Source of the DNA: Candidatus Methylomirabilia bacterium
Lineage (GTDB): Bacteria > Methylomirabilota > Methylomirabilia > Rokubacteriales > CSP1-6
DNA: 54,627 bases
Direction: 5' to 3'
Assembly: GCA_041492755.1 (NCBI GenBank)
Contig: JBGPXN010000008.1
Coordinates: 1 to 54,627 of the forward strand
The position numbers and the translations under genes are program-made. Under the pieces are notes generated by a model that worked only from the letters and a program-made list of their open reading frames with translations, had not been told where the DNA came from and made no database searches. Shown piece by piece: positions 17,934 through 26,807 of this stretch (position 1 is its first letter; each line of letters starts with the position of its first letter).

Positions 17934-18800
17934 TCAGATCTTGAGGGACTTGAGGTAGGCGCGGAACTCGTCGGCCAGGTCGGGCCGGGCCAGGGCGAAC
18001 TCGACGGTGGCCTTGAGGAAGCCGAGCTTGTCACCGGTGTCGTAGCGCTTGCCCTCGAAGGCCACGGCGTACATCGGCCGGTGCTCGCGCAGGCGGCGCA
18101 AGCCGTCGGTGAGCTGGATCTCTCCGCGCCGGTCGGGTGCCGTTGCCGCCAACAGGTCGAAGACGTCGGGGGTCAACACGTAGCGCCCGATGATGGCAAG
18201 ATCGGACGGCGCGTCCTCGGCCCGCGGCTTCTCCACCAGGTCGGTGATCTCGAACACGTTGCCGCCCAGCGGCCGGCCCGCGATGACGCCGTACTGGTGG
18301 ATGCGCTCGCGCGGCACCCGTTCCACCGCGATCACCGGTCCGTCGTGGCGTTCGAACACGTCGAGGAGCTGCCGCATGCACGGGGTGGGGGCGCCACCGA
18401 TGATGTCGTCGCCCAGGAACACGCCGAACGGCTCGTCGCCCACCAGCGGGCGGGCACAGAGGATGGCGTGGCCGAGGCCGAGCGGCTCCTTCTGGCGGAC
18501 GTAGCAGACCGACGCGAGCTCCGAGATCGTCTTGATCTGGGCAAGCTCCTCGACCTTGCCGCGATCGTTCAGGTAGTACTCGAGCTCGAACGCGGCGTCG
18601 AAGTGGTCCTCGATCGCCCGCTTGCCCCGGCCGGTGACGATGATCATCTGGCTGAGACCGGACGCCACCGCCTCCTCGACGACGTACTGGATCATCGGCT
18701 TGTCGACGAGGGGCAGCATCTCCTTGGGCTGGGCCTTGGTGGCGGGCAGGAACCGGGTCCCCAGTCCGGCCGCGGGAAAGACGGCTTTGCGCACGTTCAT
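17934..18800 (-). CDS. galU: UTP--glucose-1-phosphate uridylyltransferase
   Basis: KAVFPAAGLGTRFLPATKAQPKEML, RQKEPLGLGHA, VEKP and GEIQLTD motifs. Confidence 0.97.
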   Translation of the reverse strand: MNVRKAVFPAAGLGTRFLPATKAQPKEMLPLVDKPMIQYVVEEAVASGLSQMIIVTGRGKRAIEDHFDAAFELEYYLNDRGKVEELAQIKTISELASVCYVRQKEPLGLGHAILCARPLVGDEPFGVFLGDDIIGGAPTPCMRQLLDVFERHDGPVIAVERVPRERIHQYGVIAGRPLGGNVFEITDLVEKPRAEDAPSDLAIIGRYVLTPDVFDLLAATAPDRRGEIQLTDGLRRLREHRPMYAVAFEGKRYDTGDKLGFLKATVEFALARPDLADEFRAYLKSLKI

Positions 18801-18840
18801 GTGGGCTCGCTCCTTGCGGTGCGATCCCATGATATCAACG

Positions 18841-19344
18841 TCATGCCGCGTCGCGGCGCGACGAGTCATCGCTCGGACCCGCGCCGCGGGCAGCCCGACG
18901 GCGCACGATCAAGCCGAGCGCGACGAGATAGGTCACCCCGCCCGCGGCGGCACCGATGACGATCGAGCCGAGCAGCAACGCGACGGACACGCCCTGCAGC
19001 CACTCCCAGATGCTCGGCCACGACAGGCCGCCGGGCTGCCGCAGCAGGTCGATCAGGGGGGTGGCGACGGCCCGACCCGCCGGCAGCAACGCCTCGCCCA
19101 CCTTGATCGACGCCGCATAGACGAACGGGGCGAACCACGGCAGGTTCAGCCACGCCCCCGCCACGGTCGCCGCACGGTTGAGACGCGCCAGCATGGCGAT
19201 CAGCACGGCCAGGATGGTCTGGAAGCCCCAGAACGGCGTGCACGAGATGAACACGCCCACGGCGAGGGCCAGCGCGATCCGGTGGGGTGGGTCGTCCAGG
19301 TGCAGCGCCGCTTGCAGGCGCCGCGCCAGCGGTGAAAAGGCCAT
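18841..19344 (-). CDS. DUF2062 domain membrane protein
   Basis: PHRIALALAVGVFISCTPFWGFQT...LNR...WLNLPW pattern; coupled to the upstream stop. Confidence 0.85.
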   Translation of the reverse strand: MAFSPLARRLQAALHLDDPPHRIALALAVGVFISCTPFWGFQTILAVLIAMLARLNRAATVAGAWLNLPWFAPFVYAASIKVGEALLPAGRAVATPLIDLLRQPGGLSWPSIWEWLQGVSVALLLGSIVIGAAAGGVTYLVALGLIVRRRAARGAGPSDDSSRRDAA

Positions 19345-20507
19345 CACGCCGGGCGACCGCGGCCGACGCCCTCCAGGATCGCGATGATGGCGAGGACGGC
19401 GCCGGCCTGGATGAGGGCGAGGACGGCCTCGCGTGGCGTGGCGCCGTAGAGCCGCAGCGCGGAGAGCCCCAGCGTGACCGAGATGAAATAGATCAAGAGC
19501 ACGCTCTGCCGCCGCGTGAGGCCGAGCGCCTCGAAGCGGTGGTGGATGTGGTCACGGCCCGTGTAGGCCAGCCACTCGCGGACGGAGTGCACCTGTCCCT
19601 TCATGATGCGTACGGTCCCGACGAAGGCGATGTCGAACAACGGCACCCCCAGGATGAGCGCGGGGGTGAAGAGCCCGACCAGATCATTCTGGGCCCATTC
19701 CCCCATCACCGCCAGCCCCGCGAGCGTGAAGCCGATGAAGCTCGCCCCGCTGTCCCCCAGGAAGATGCGCGCGCCGCCGGGACGGAAATTGTAGGGCAGG
19801 AAGCCGAGGCAGGCGCCCACCAGGGCGGCCGACAGGAACATCAAGTAGCGCTGGCCGGTCTGGAGCGCGGTGACGCTGAAGAAGATCCCCGCGATCACCC
19901 CGAGGCCCGCCGCCAGTCCATCCATGCCGTCGAGGAACTGCACGGCGTTGGTGACGGTGAGGAACCAGAGCAGCGTCAGCGCGAGGTTGAACCAGACGAA
20001 CCCGTGGACCCAGTTGGGAACGATGTCGAGCATGACACCGTAGGCGATGGCGACGCCCGCGCCGCCGAGCTGGCCGAGCAGCTTGATCCAGGCCGGCAGG
20101 TCGATGACGTCGTCCACCATGCCGACCGCCACGATCACGGTGGCCCCAAGGGCGACGCCCTTGAGCGCGAGCGAGAAGTTGAAGTTCAGCAGCACCGTCA
20201 CCGCGAAGGCGGTGTACACGGCGGCTCCGCCGAGGAGCGGGGTGGGCGTCACGTGGACCTTCCGCGCGGACGGCTGATCGAGGACGCTCCAGCGCAACGC
20301 GTACGCGCGCACGAGCGGGACGATCACCAGTGACACCGCGCACGCGATGGAGACCAGGTAGAGCCACACGAGCCCGATGCTGGCCGCCCAGCGCCGCACG
20401 CCGGGCAGCAGCAGCACGAGCATGACGACGAGGCGCAGCACGGCGAGCCATCGCGTCTCGAACGCCGCCGGCCTCACCGTCGACGCGACCGAGCCGCCCA
20501 CGCTCAC
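19344..20507 (-). CDS. WecA/TagO-like polyprenyl-phosphate HexNAc-1-P transferase (MraY family)
   Basis: ARKVH..PTPLLGG, GMVDD, NAVQFLDGMDGLA, IFLGDSG and DHIHH motifs. Confidence 0.92.
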   Translation of the reverse strand: MSVGGSVASTVRPAAFETRWLAVLRLVVMLVLLLPGVRRWAASIGLVWLYLVSIACAVSLVIVPLVRAYALRWSVLDQPSARKVHVTPTPLLGGAAVYTAFAVTVLLNFNFSLALKGVALGATVIVAVGMVDDVIDLPAWIKLLGQLGGAGVAIAYGVMLDIVPNWVHGFVWFNLALTLLWFLTVTNAVQFLDGMDGLAAGLGVIAGIFFSVTALQTGQRYLMFLSAALVGACLGFLPYNFRPGGARIFLGDSGASFIGFTLAGLAVMGEWAQNDLVGLFTPALILGVPLFDIAFVGTVRIMKGQVHSVREWLAYTGRDHIHHRFEALGLTRRQSVLLIYFISVTLGLSALRLYGATPREAVLALIQAGAVLAIIAILEGVGRGRPA

Positions 20508-21541
20508 GACGTCACCGCCCGCCGGAAGGCCGCGGCAACCGCGTCGACGTCGGCATCGGTCAAGGACGGATAGCACGGCAGCGACAGGCACGTGGCCCAC
20601 AGCCGCTCGGCCTCCGGATAGCCGGCCAGCCCCAGCGCGCGATGCAGCGGCCGGAACACCGGGCGGCGTGCGGCCACGCCGGCGGCCGCCATCCGCGCGA
20701 TGACGGCCTCGACGGGCGCATCGACCTGCACGACGAAACGATGGAAGACGTGGCGGGCGCCCGCGGCCGGGGGCAGATGGCACGGCGCCCCCACCAGCTT
20801 CTCGCGATAGCGGCCGGCGATGGCGCGGCGGCGGGCGATGAACCCGTCGAGGCGGGCGAGCTGGCCGCGGCCGAGGGCGGCTTGCATGTCGGTCATCTTG
20901 CAGTTGAAGCGCGGCACGAGGTCGGGGCGCTCGTCGTAATCGCGGAGATCACGCGCGCGGGCCACGAGATCGGTGGGGCCGGCGAGCATGCCGCCCTCGC
21001 CGGTCGTCAGCATCTTCGTCGCATAGAACGAGCCGACCGCCACGCGGCCGCGCGCGCCCACCGCTTGGCCGGCCACGATCGCCCCCAGCGCCTGCGCGCA
21101 ATCCTCGACGACGGGAACCCCGAGCGCGGCGAACGCCTCGAGGTCCACGCCGAGACCGAACGCATGGTGGACGACCACCGCGCGCGTGCGGTCGGTGAGC
21201 CGGCGCTTGGCGTCGTCCGCGGAGAGCGACAGCGTGGTGGGATCGGCGTCGACCAGGATCGGCGTGGCCCCGCCACGGGTCACGCAGTGGTGGAGAGCGT
21301 CGCACGCGTAGGACGGCACCAGCACCTCCGCCCCCGGTCCGACGTCCAGCACGCGGAACGCGAGCTCGAGCGCGGCGCTGCCGGAGCTGACCACGGCGGC
21401 CGCGGCCACGCCGAGCCGCGCGGCCAGCTCGCGCTCGAAGGCGTCCACTTCCGCGCCCTGCGCGATGTGCCCGCCGCGGATGACGCGGGCCACTCGCTCG
21501 GCGTCGTCGGCGTCGAGGGTCGGTCGCGAGTGCGGGATCAA
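20504..21541 (-). CDS. DegT/DnrJ/EryC1/StrS sugar aminotransferase
   Basis: SSGSAAL, EDCAQALG, SFYATKMLTTGEGG and LSLPCYP motifs. Confidence 0.92.
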   Translation of the reverse strand: MIPHSRPTLDADDAERVARVIRGGHIAQGAEVDAFERELAARLGVAAAAVVSSGSAALELAFRVLDVGPGAEVLVPSYACDALHHCVTRGGATPILVDADPTTLSLSADDAKRRLTDRTRAVVVHHAFGLGVDLEAFAALGVPVVEDCAQALGAIVAGQAVGARGRVAVGSFYATKMLTTGEGGMLAGPTDLVARARDLRDYDERPDLVPRFNCKMTDMQAALGRGQLARLDGFIARRRAIAGRYREKLVGAPCHLPPAAGARHVFHRFVVQVDAPVEAVIARMAAAGVAARRPVFRPLHRALGLAGYPEAERLWATCLSLPCYPSLTDADVDAVAAAFRRAVTS

Positions 21542-22152
21542 ATATCCAGCAGCAGCCGGACGGACTGAAACGCCTCAGCGTACTTCACGCGGGCCTGGAT
21601 GCCCCGGAAGTTCGCGCACGATACGGCCAGCTGGAGGATCGACAGGTCCTCGATGTTGGTCTTGCTCACCTGGGAGCGATGGGCCTCGAGGGCGGCGAGC
21701 TTGCGGTCGAGCACGCGCTCGACGTTCGTGTAGCAGTTCGGCGTGAAGTGCTGGGTCGACGGCACCTCGTAGAACAGGAAGTTCGGGACGTAGCGCATCG
21801 CCGACACCGTGCCCTGGGCGAGGTTGCGATGATCCTGATGGGTGTCGTCGGGATAGTTCACGAAGATCATCGTGGGCTTCACGTGCCGGATCACCGTCTC
21901 CAGCCGCACGATGATCTCCCGGTTGAACGGCACCTCGGTGTCGGTGTACTCGCCCCAGAAGATCTCGCGCGCACCCAGGACGAGCCCGGAATCGCTCTGC
22001 TCGGTCCGGCGGACCGCGCCGTCGCCCCCCATCCCGCCGTCGGACGCGATCCAGAGATGGACGGCGTGGCCCTTCTCGGCGTAGAGCGTGAGCGTGCCGC
22101 CGCAGCCGTATTCGACGTCGTCGGGATGGGCGCCAATGGCGAGGATGTTCAC
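21538..22152 (-). CDS. PIG-L/LmbE-family deacetylase
   Basis: AIGAHPDDVE.GCGG, HQDH and HRSQ motifs. Confidence 0.92.
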   Translation of the reverse strand: MNILAIGAHPDDVEYGCGGTLTLYAEKGHAVHLWIASDGGMGGDGAVRRTEQSDSGLVLGAREIFWGEYTDTEVPFNREIIVRLETVIRHVKPTMIFVNYPDDTHQDHRNLAQGTVSAMRYVPNFLFYEVPSTQHFTPNCYTNVERVLDRKLAALEAHRSQVSKTNIEDLSILQLAVSCANFRGIQARVKYAEAFQSVRLLLDI

Positions 22153-22868
22153 GTGAGCCGGCTCACCGACGGCGTGCGGGACCAGTCGCTGCCCTGGAGG
22201 AGAATGGCAGGCGCGCCATCGCCTTCACTCAATAATAGGTCAAGCCCCGAGAGGAACGGCACGAATTCGCCGTGCCCCTGCGTATATACCGGGTGGGTGT
22301 AGCGCTGGTGCCACACCGTGATGCCGGCGGCCTCGAACTGGGGGAGGTCCAGGTAGCGTGCGCCGCCCACGCCGGCGAGGTATTCGTCCGCCCCCACCTT
22401 CTGGCACAACGCGACCAGCCGCCCGGTCGGATCGTCGACGCCGATGGCGAGCTCCGAGGCGAGCCGCCACGGCGTGGCGATGCCGAACGCCCGCGCCAGC
22501 CAGGTCGCGCTCGCCACCGCGACGTCCACCAGACGGTGCCAGGGGCGGCCGTAGAAGTCGTCGAGCTCGTCACGGCGGCGAGCGATCTCGGGGGCGGGCG
22601 CATAGGCATGATCGATCGTGCGCCGGTGGCGCTCGCGCCAGCGCTGGCCCGCATCGATCTCCACCTGGGCGATCGTGCTCCCGAGATGGCCGTGCACCGG
22701 CACGGTCAGCCACTGCACGCCGGCCCGGTGCTTGATCCGGTTGCGGTTCTGCCAGCCGTTCTTCGCGTACTGCACGGTGTCCAGGAACACGAAGAGGTCG
22801 GCGCTGGCCCACTTCACGAGGTATCCGAGGTACGGCAGGTAGTGCGGCTGGTGGATCGCGAGCTTCAC
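22149..22868 (-). CDS. WbqC-family protein
   Basis: AIHQPHYLPYLGY, FVFLDTVQY..NGWQNRNRIK, WLTVPV and F.PFLSGLDLL motifs. Confidence 0.92.
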   Translation of the reverse strand: MKLAIHQPHYLPYLGYLVKWASADLFVFLDTVQYAKNGWQNRNRIKHRAGVQWLTVPVHGHLGSTIAQVEIDAGQRWRERHRRTIDHAYAPAPEIARRRDELDDFYGRPWHRLVDVAVASATWLARAFGIATPWRLASELAIGVDDPTGRLVALCQKVGADEYLAGVGGARYLDLPQFEAAGITVWHQRYTHPVYTQGHGEFVPFLSGLDLLLSEGDGAPAILLQGSDWSRTPSVSRLT

Positions 22869-24349
22869 GGCGTCGGCGGCGTGACGAAGATCGGGTTGCT
22901 GAGCGCCTGGTGCGGCGAGCGGCCGCGCACGTCCACGCGGAACACCGTGGGCTTGCCGTCGAACGTCTCTCGATAGACGGTCCGGAGCGGCGTCTCGCCC
23001 GTCCACGCTCCCACCGCGGCGCCGTTCTTGACCAGCGTCACGCGCACCGGATGCGCCGTGCGGTCGGTGGCCTCCACGGCGACGGCGATCTCGAGGGGGA
23101 AGCCCTCGCGCACGCGCCGGGTTTCCCCCATCGCGGCCAGACCGAACCCATCGTTCAGCGAGAACTCGGTCAGGGCCAGGCCCATCTGCGGCGTGCGATA
23201 GAGCGCGTAGAAGCGGCCGCGGCGGAGCGCGTCGAGGATCGCGGCCTCCGAGCGCGCGTCGGCCAGGAACACGGTCTGCACCGGATCGAGCCGCTTGCCG
23301 CCGGCCAGCCCGTGGAATCCCGACTCGCCGACCGCCCACGCGGGACGGCTGCGCTCGCCGGCGGCGTACTCGTGGAGCAGGCGGTCCCAGCCGGCGCCGG
23401 GCTGGACCACCCGCGTGGGCTGCTCGTAGATCGCGCCGAAGGCCGTGTAGCGGAACGTGCGGAGCAGGTCGTCCACGTACGGGTCGGTGCGCCAGGACAC
23501 CTTCACCGGCCCCACGTGCTGCTCGCCTTCGTCGGGCGCCTCCGGGAACGACCACATCGCGACGCCGCCCTGGCGCTCCACGTGATCGATGAGGACCTGG
23601 TGCGGCTCGAGCCCGAAGTCCGCCCATGGCGGGTACCGATCCACCGTGAACGGCCAGCCGCGCACGACGGCGGCGAGCCCAACGCCCGCGAGCACGCCGC
23701 CGGTGATCCAGCGCCGGCGGCGAATGACCACCACCGTGCGGCCGAGCCGCCGCCGCTCCTGCCGCTTGCGAAGCAAGAGCGCCAGGCCGGGCACCAGCAG
23801 CAGCGCGGGCACGGCGTCGGCGACCGACTGCCACGTGTAGACGCGGCCACCGGGATTGCCGGTCGCGGGCAGCCCGGCCCACGCGGCCGCGTCGGGGAGG
23901 CCGAAGACGAGGATGTTCTTCTGCGTGTTGTGCAGCATCAGGGCCAGACTCGCCGGTGAGCCCGTCCAGAAGTAATGCGGGATCACCTCGACACCGGGGA
24001 TCAGGACGAGCCGCGGAAAGCGCCGGCGCGCCTGGTCCACGCGCTCGAGATAGTGGCGGAGGCCCAGGCTCACCACGCTGCGCTCCTCGCGCGTGACCCG
24101 CGTGAGCGCGCGGAATGGCGGCAGCCCGTACTCGAAGCGGAGCAGGTAGTTCTCGACGAGCAGGACGGCGCCGATCCCCTGCTTCTCGGCGATCTGGGCG
24201 ACCTCCTCCAGCGAGAAGTCGCCGGTGGAGAGGTCCGAGTGCACGTGGACGACCGCGGGCACCCGCTCGACGGCGCGCGCCGATCCGGGCGCCGCCGCGA
24301 GCAGCCCAACCGCGAGGGCGGCGCCCAGCGCGATCCGAATCCGCCTCAC
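22865..24349 (-). CDS. Exported, membrane-anchored PHP-like phosphoesterase domain protein
   Basis: Signal peptide, VHVHSD, IPGVEV and GESGFHG...ILDALRRGRFY; internal TM hairpin; Ig-like C-terminus ending SNPIFV. Confidence 0.7.
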   Translation of the reverse strand: MRRIRIALGAALAVGLLAAAPGSARAVERVPAVVHVHSDLSTGDFSLEEVAQIAEKQGIGAVLLVENYLLRFEYGLPPFRALTRVTREERSVVSLGLRHYLERVDQARRRFPRLVLIPGVEVIPHYFWTGSPASLALMLHNTQKNILVFGLPDAAAWAGLPATGNPGGRVYTWQSVADAVPALLLVPGLALLLRKRQERRRLGRTVVVIRRRRWITGGVLAGVGLAAVVRGWPFTVDRYPPWADFGLEPHQVLIDHVERQGGVAMWSFPEAPDEGEQHVGPVKVSWRTDPYVDDLLRTFRYTAFGAIYEQPTRVVQPGAGWDRLLHEYAAGERSRPAWAVGESGFHGLAGGKRLDPVQTVFLADARSEAAILDALRRGRFYALYRTPQMGLALTEFSLNDGFGLAAMGETRRVREGFPLEIAVAVEATDRTAHPVRVTLVKNGAAVGAWTGETPLRTVYRETFDGKPTVFRVDVRGRSPHQALSNPIFVTPPTP

Positions 24350-25539
24350 GCGAGCTCCCGGCCGCGCGCCGGTTCCTCGGCGCGCGCGAGCCCTTTGTCG
24401 CGCACGAGCCGGGCGTAGAGGTCGAGCAGGCGGCGCTCGGCCTCGGCCAGGGAGAACTGCTCGGCGCGCGCGATGCCCGCCTCGCCGAGCTTCGCGCGCA
24501 GCGTGGCGTCCCGCCCGAGCTCGGCGAGCGCGCCGGCCAGCGCGTCGACGTCGTCGACGGGGACGACGCGCCCACACTCGTCGTTCCCGATGACCGACGG
24601 AATACCGCCGGCGGCGGCGCCGATCACCGGCACCCCCAGCGCCATCGCCTCCACGAGCACGCGGCCCATCCCCTCGTTGCGCGACGGCGCGACGAGCACG
24701 TCGGCCGCGGCCAGATAGCCCGGCACGTCGTGTGACGGTCCGACGAACCGGACGCGATCGACCACGGCCAGCTCGCGCGCGCGCGCGGCGAGCTGGTGGC
24801 GCTGCGGCCCGTCGCCGACCAGCACGATCTGCGCCGCCGGCAACTCGGCCCGCACGCGGGCGAGCGCGTCCACCAGCACGTCGAAGCCCTTGATCGCGAC
24901 CAGGCGACCGACGCCCATGATCACGAGGTCGTCGGGGCCGACGTCCAGGCGCGCGCGCGCCTGGACCCGGCCGGGCGCCCGCGCGCGAATCTCGGCGGTC
25001 GGCACCCCACTCGGCACCGTCTCGTACTGCGCCCGCCGGCCAATACGCCGCCGCACATGCTCCTCGATCCCGTGGTCGGTGAGCGCGATCATGCGATCGC
25101 ACCAGCGCGCGGCCAGTCGCTCCAGCCGGACGTAGAGCCCGGTGCGAACGGCGCCGAAGTAGCCGTAGAAGACGTGTCCGTGCGGCTGATGGATGACGAT
25201 CGGCACACCGGCGAGCCGGGCGGCCAGCCGCCCGAGGAAGCCCGCCTTGGAGCTATGGGTGTGGACGATCGCCGGCCGCCGCGCCCGCATGAATCGCCAG
25301 AGGTGCAGCAGCACGGCGATATCCCGGAACGGGGCCAGCTCGCGACCGAGCGCGGGCACGTCGACGATCGCGCAGCCGCGGCGCCGGGCGTCGGCGACGC
25401 AGCCCGCCTCGGATTCGGCGAGCCCCACGGCGAGGCGGCAGTCGTACCCGGCACGGTTGAGGGACACGACCTGCGCGATCGTGTTTTCAGCCAACCCGCC
25501 GAGCGTGAGGCGCGTGATCACGTGCAGGACGGAGATCAC
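24346..25539 (-). CDS. Glycosyltransferase family 4
   Basis: LHVITRL..GG, HTHSSKAG, GRL..IKG and EGMGRVLVEAMA motifs. Confidence 0.92.
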   Translation of the reverse strand: MISVLHVITRLTLGGLAENTIAQVVSLNRAGYDCRLAVGLAESEAGCVADARRRGCAIVDVPALGRELAPFRDIAVLLHLWRFMRARRPAIVHTHSSKAGFLGRLAARLAGVPIVIHQPHGHVFYGYFGAVRTGLYVRLERLAARWCDRMIALTDHGIEEHVRRRIGRRAQYETVPSGVPTAEIRARAPGRVQARARLDVGPDDLVIMGVGRLVAIKGFDVLVDALARVRAELPAAQIVLVGDGPQRHQLAARARELAVVDRVRFVGPSHDVPGYLAAADVLVAPSRNEGMGRVLVEAMALGVPVIGAAAGGIPSVIGNDECGRVVPVDDVDALAGALAELGRDATLRAKLGEAGIARAEQFSLAEAERRLLDLYARLVRDKGLARAEEPARGRELA

Positions 25540-26807
25540 GGGCTCTCCGGCCGGGCCGGCGCCGGCACGGTCTGGAGGTCCGTGCCCACGCCCGCGAGAT
25601 GGCAGAGCGTGCGCTCGAGCGCGGTGATCGCGCGATCCCAGTCATATGCCTCGGCGTGGCGGCGGCAGGCTTCCCGCAAGCGCGCGGCCGTCTCGGGATC
25701 GCGGTGGACCAGGTGCCGGCGAAGCCCCTTCGCGATCGCGCCCGCGGATTCGTTCTCGAAGAGCAACGCCGGATCCAGCGGCGCCAGGATCTCGGGGGTG
25801 GCGCCCACCGGCGTGCCGAGCACGGGCGTCCCGCAGGCGAGCGCCTCCACGGTGACGAGGCCGAACCCTTCCAGGGCGCGCGTGGGCAGGACGAAGAAGT
25901 CCGCTGCCTGGTAGTGATGGGGGAGCGTCTCGTCGGGGACGAAGCCGAGAAAACGCACGCGCTCGGTGATCCGCAGCGTACGCGCCCCGCGCTCGAGCTC
26001 GGCCCGGCGCGAGCCCTCGCCGCCGATCAGGAGCACCGCGTCCGGCACGTCGCGGCCGATCATCACGAAGGCTTCCAGGAGCGTGTCGAGCCCCATCCGG
26101 TTCTCGAGATTCCGCAGCGTGAAGAGCACGGGAGCGCCGGGAGACAGCCCGAGCCGGCGCCGGATGGCCGCGCGGTCAGCCGCGGGCCGGAAGCGCTCGG
26201 TGTCGACGCCACCGGCGATCCGGAGGGTGCGCGCGGGCGCGACGCCATACAGCCGCTCCGCGAGCGCGCCCGAGTAGCGACTGAGCACGTGGATGCGGGA
26301 GGCCCGGCGCAGACAGGCGCGCTCCAGACGCCCGAGGACGGCAGCGCCCAGGCGGCCGGCCATCCCCCGGCGGTGCCGCGCGGTCATGCCCGTGCGGAGG
26401 CGGTACTCGAGCGGCGCCGGCGAGTGGAAGGTGTAGAGGCTCGGCAGCCCGCGCGCCGCGCGCGCGGTGAGCACGCCGTAGCCGGCCAGCGGCTGGTGCA
26501 CGTGCAGGACGTCGGCGCCCTCGTCCGCCAGCGCCGCCACCGCGGCGCGGCGGGCGTTGAGCATCGCCGTGCGCGCGAACGCGAGCCACGACCGGCCGTC
26601 CACGGTGAAGTCACGGCGACGCACCGCGCGCAGTTCCGGATCGTCCACGAGACCGTCGTTGCCCCGGCTCACCACGGTCACGCGATGACCGCGATCGGCG
26701 AGTCGAACCGCGGTCTCGCGGAGCACGCGCTCGGCCCCGCCCCGCACCGGGGCGATCGACACGTCGGACACGACCAGCGCGCGGAGACCGCCGCCGGGCG
26801 CCGTCAC
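25536..26807 (-). CDS. Glycosyltransferase family 4
   Basis: GGAER and EGFGLVTVEALACGTPV motifs; GTG overlaps the asnB stop. Confidence 0.92.
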   Translation of the reverse strand: MTAPGGGLRALVVSDVSIAPVRGGAERVLRETAVRLADRGHRVTVVSRGNDGLVDDPELRAVRRRDFTVDGRSWLAFARTAMLNARRAAVAALADEGADVLHVHQPLAGYGVLTARAARGLPSLYTFHSPAPLEYRLRTGMTARHRRGMAGRLGAAVLGRLERACLRRASRIHVLSRYSGALAERLYGVAPARTLRIAGGVDTERFRPAADRAAIRRRLGLSPGAPVLFTLRNLENRMGLDTLLEAFVMIGRDVPDAVLLIGGEGSRRAELERGARTLRITERVRFLGFVPDETLPHHYQAADFFVLPTRALEGFGLVTVEALACGTPVLGTPVGATPEILAPLDPALLFENESAGAIAKGLRRHLVHRDPETAARLREACRRHAEAYDWDRAITALERTLCHLAGVGTDLQTVPAPARPESP

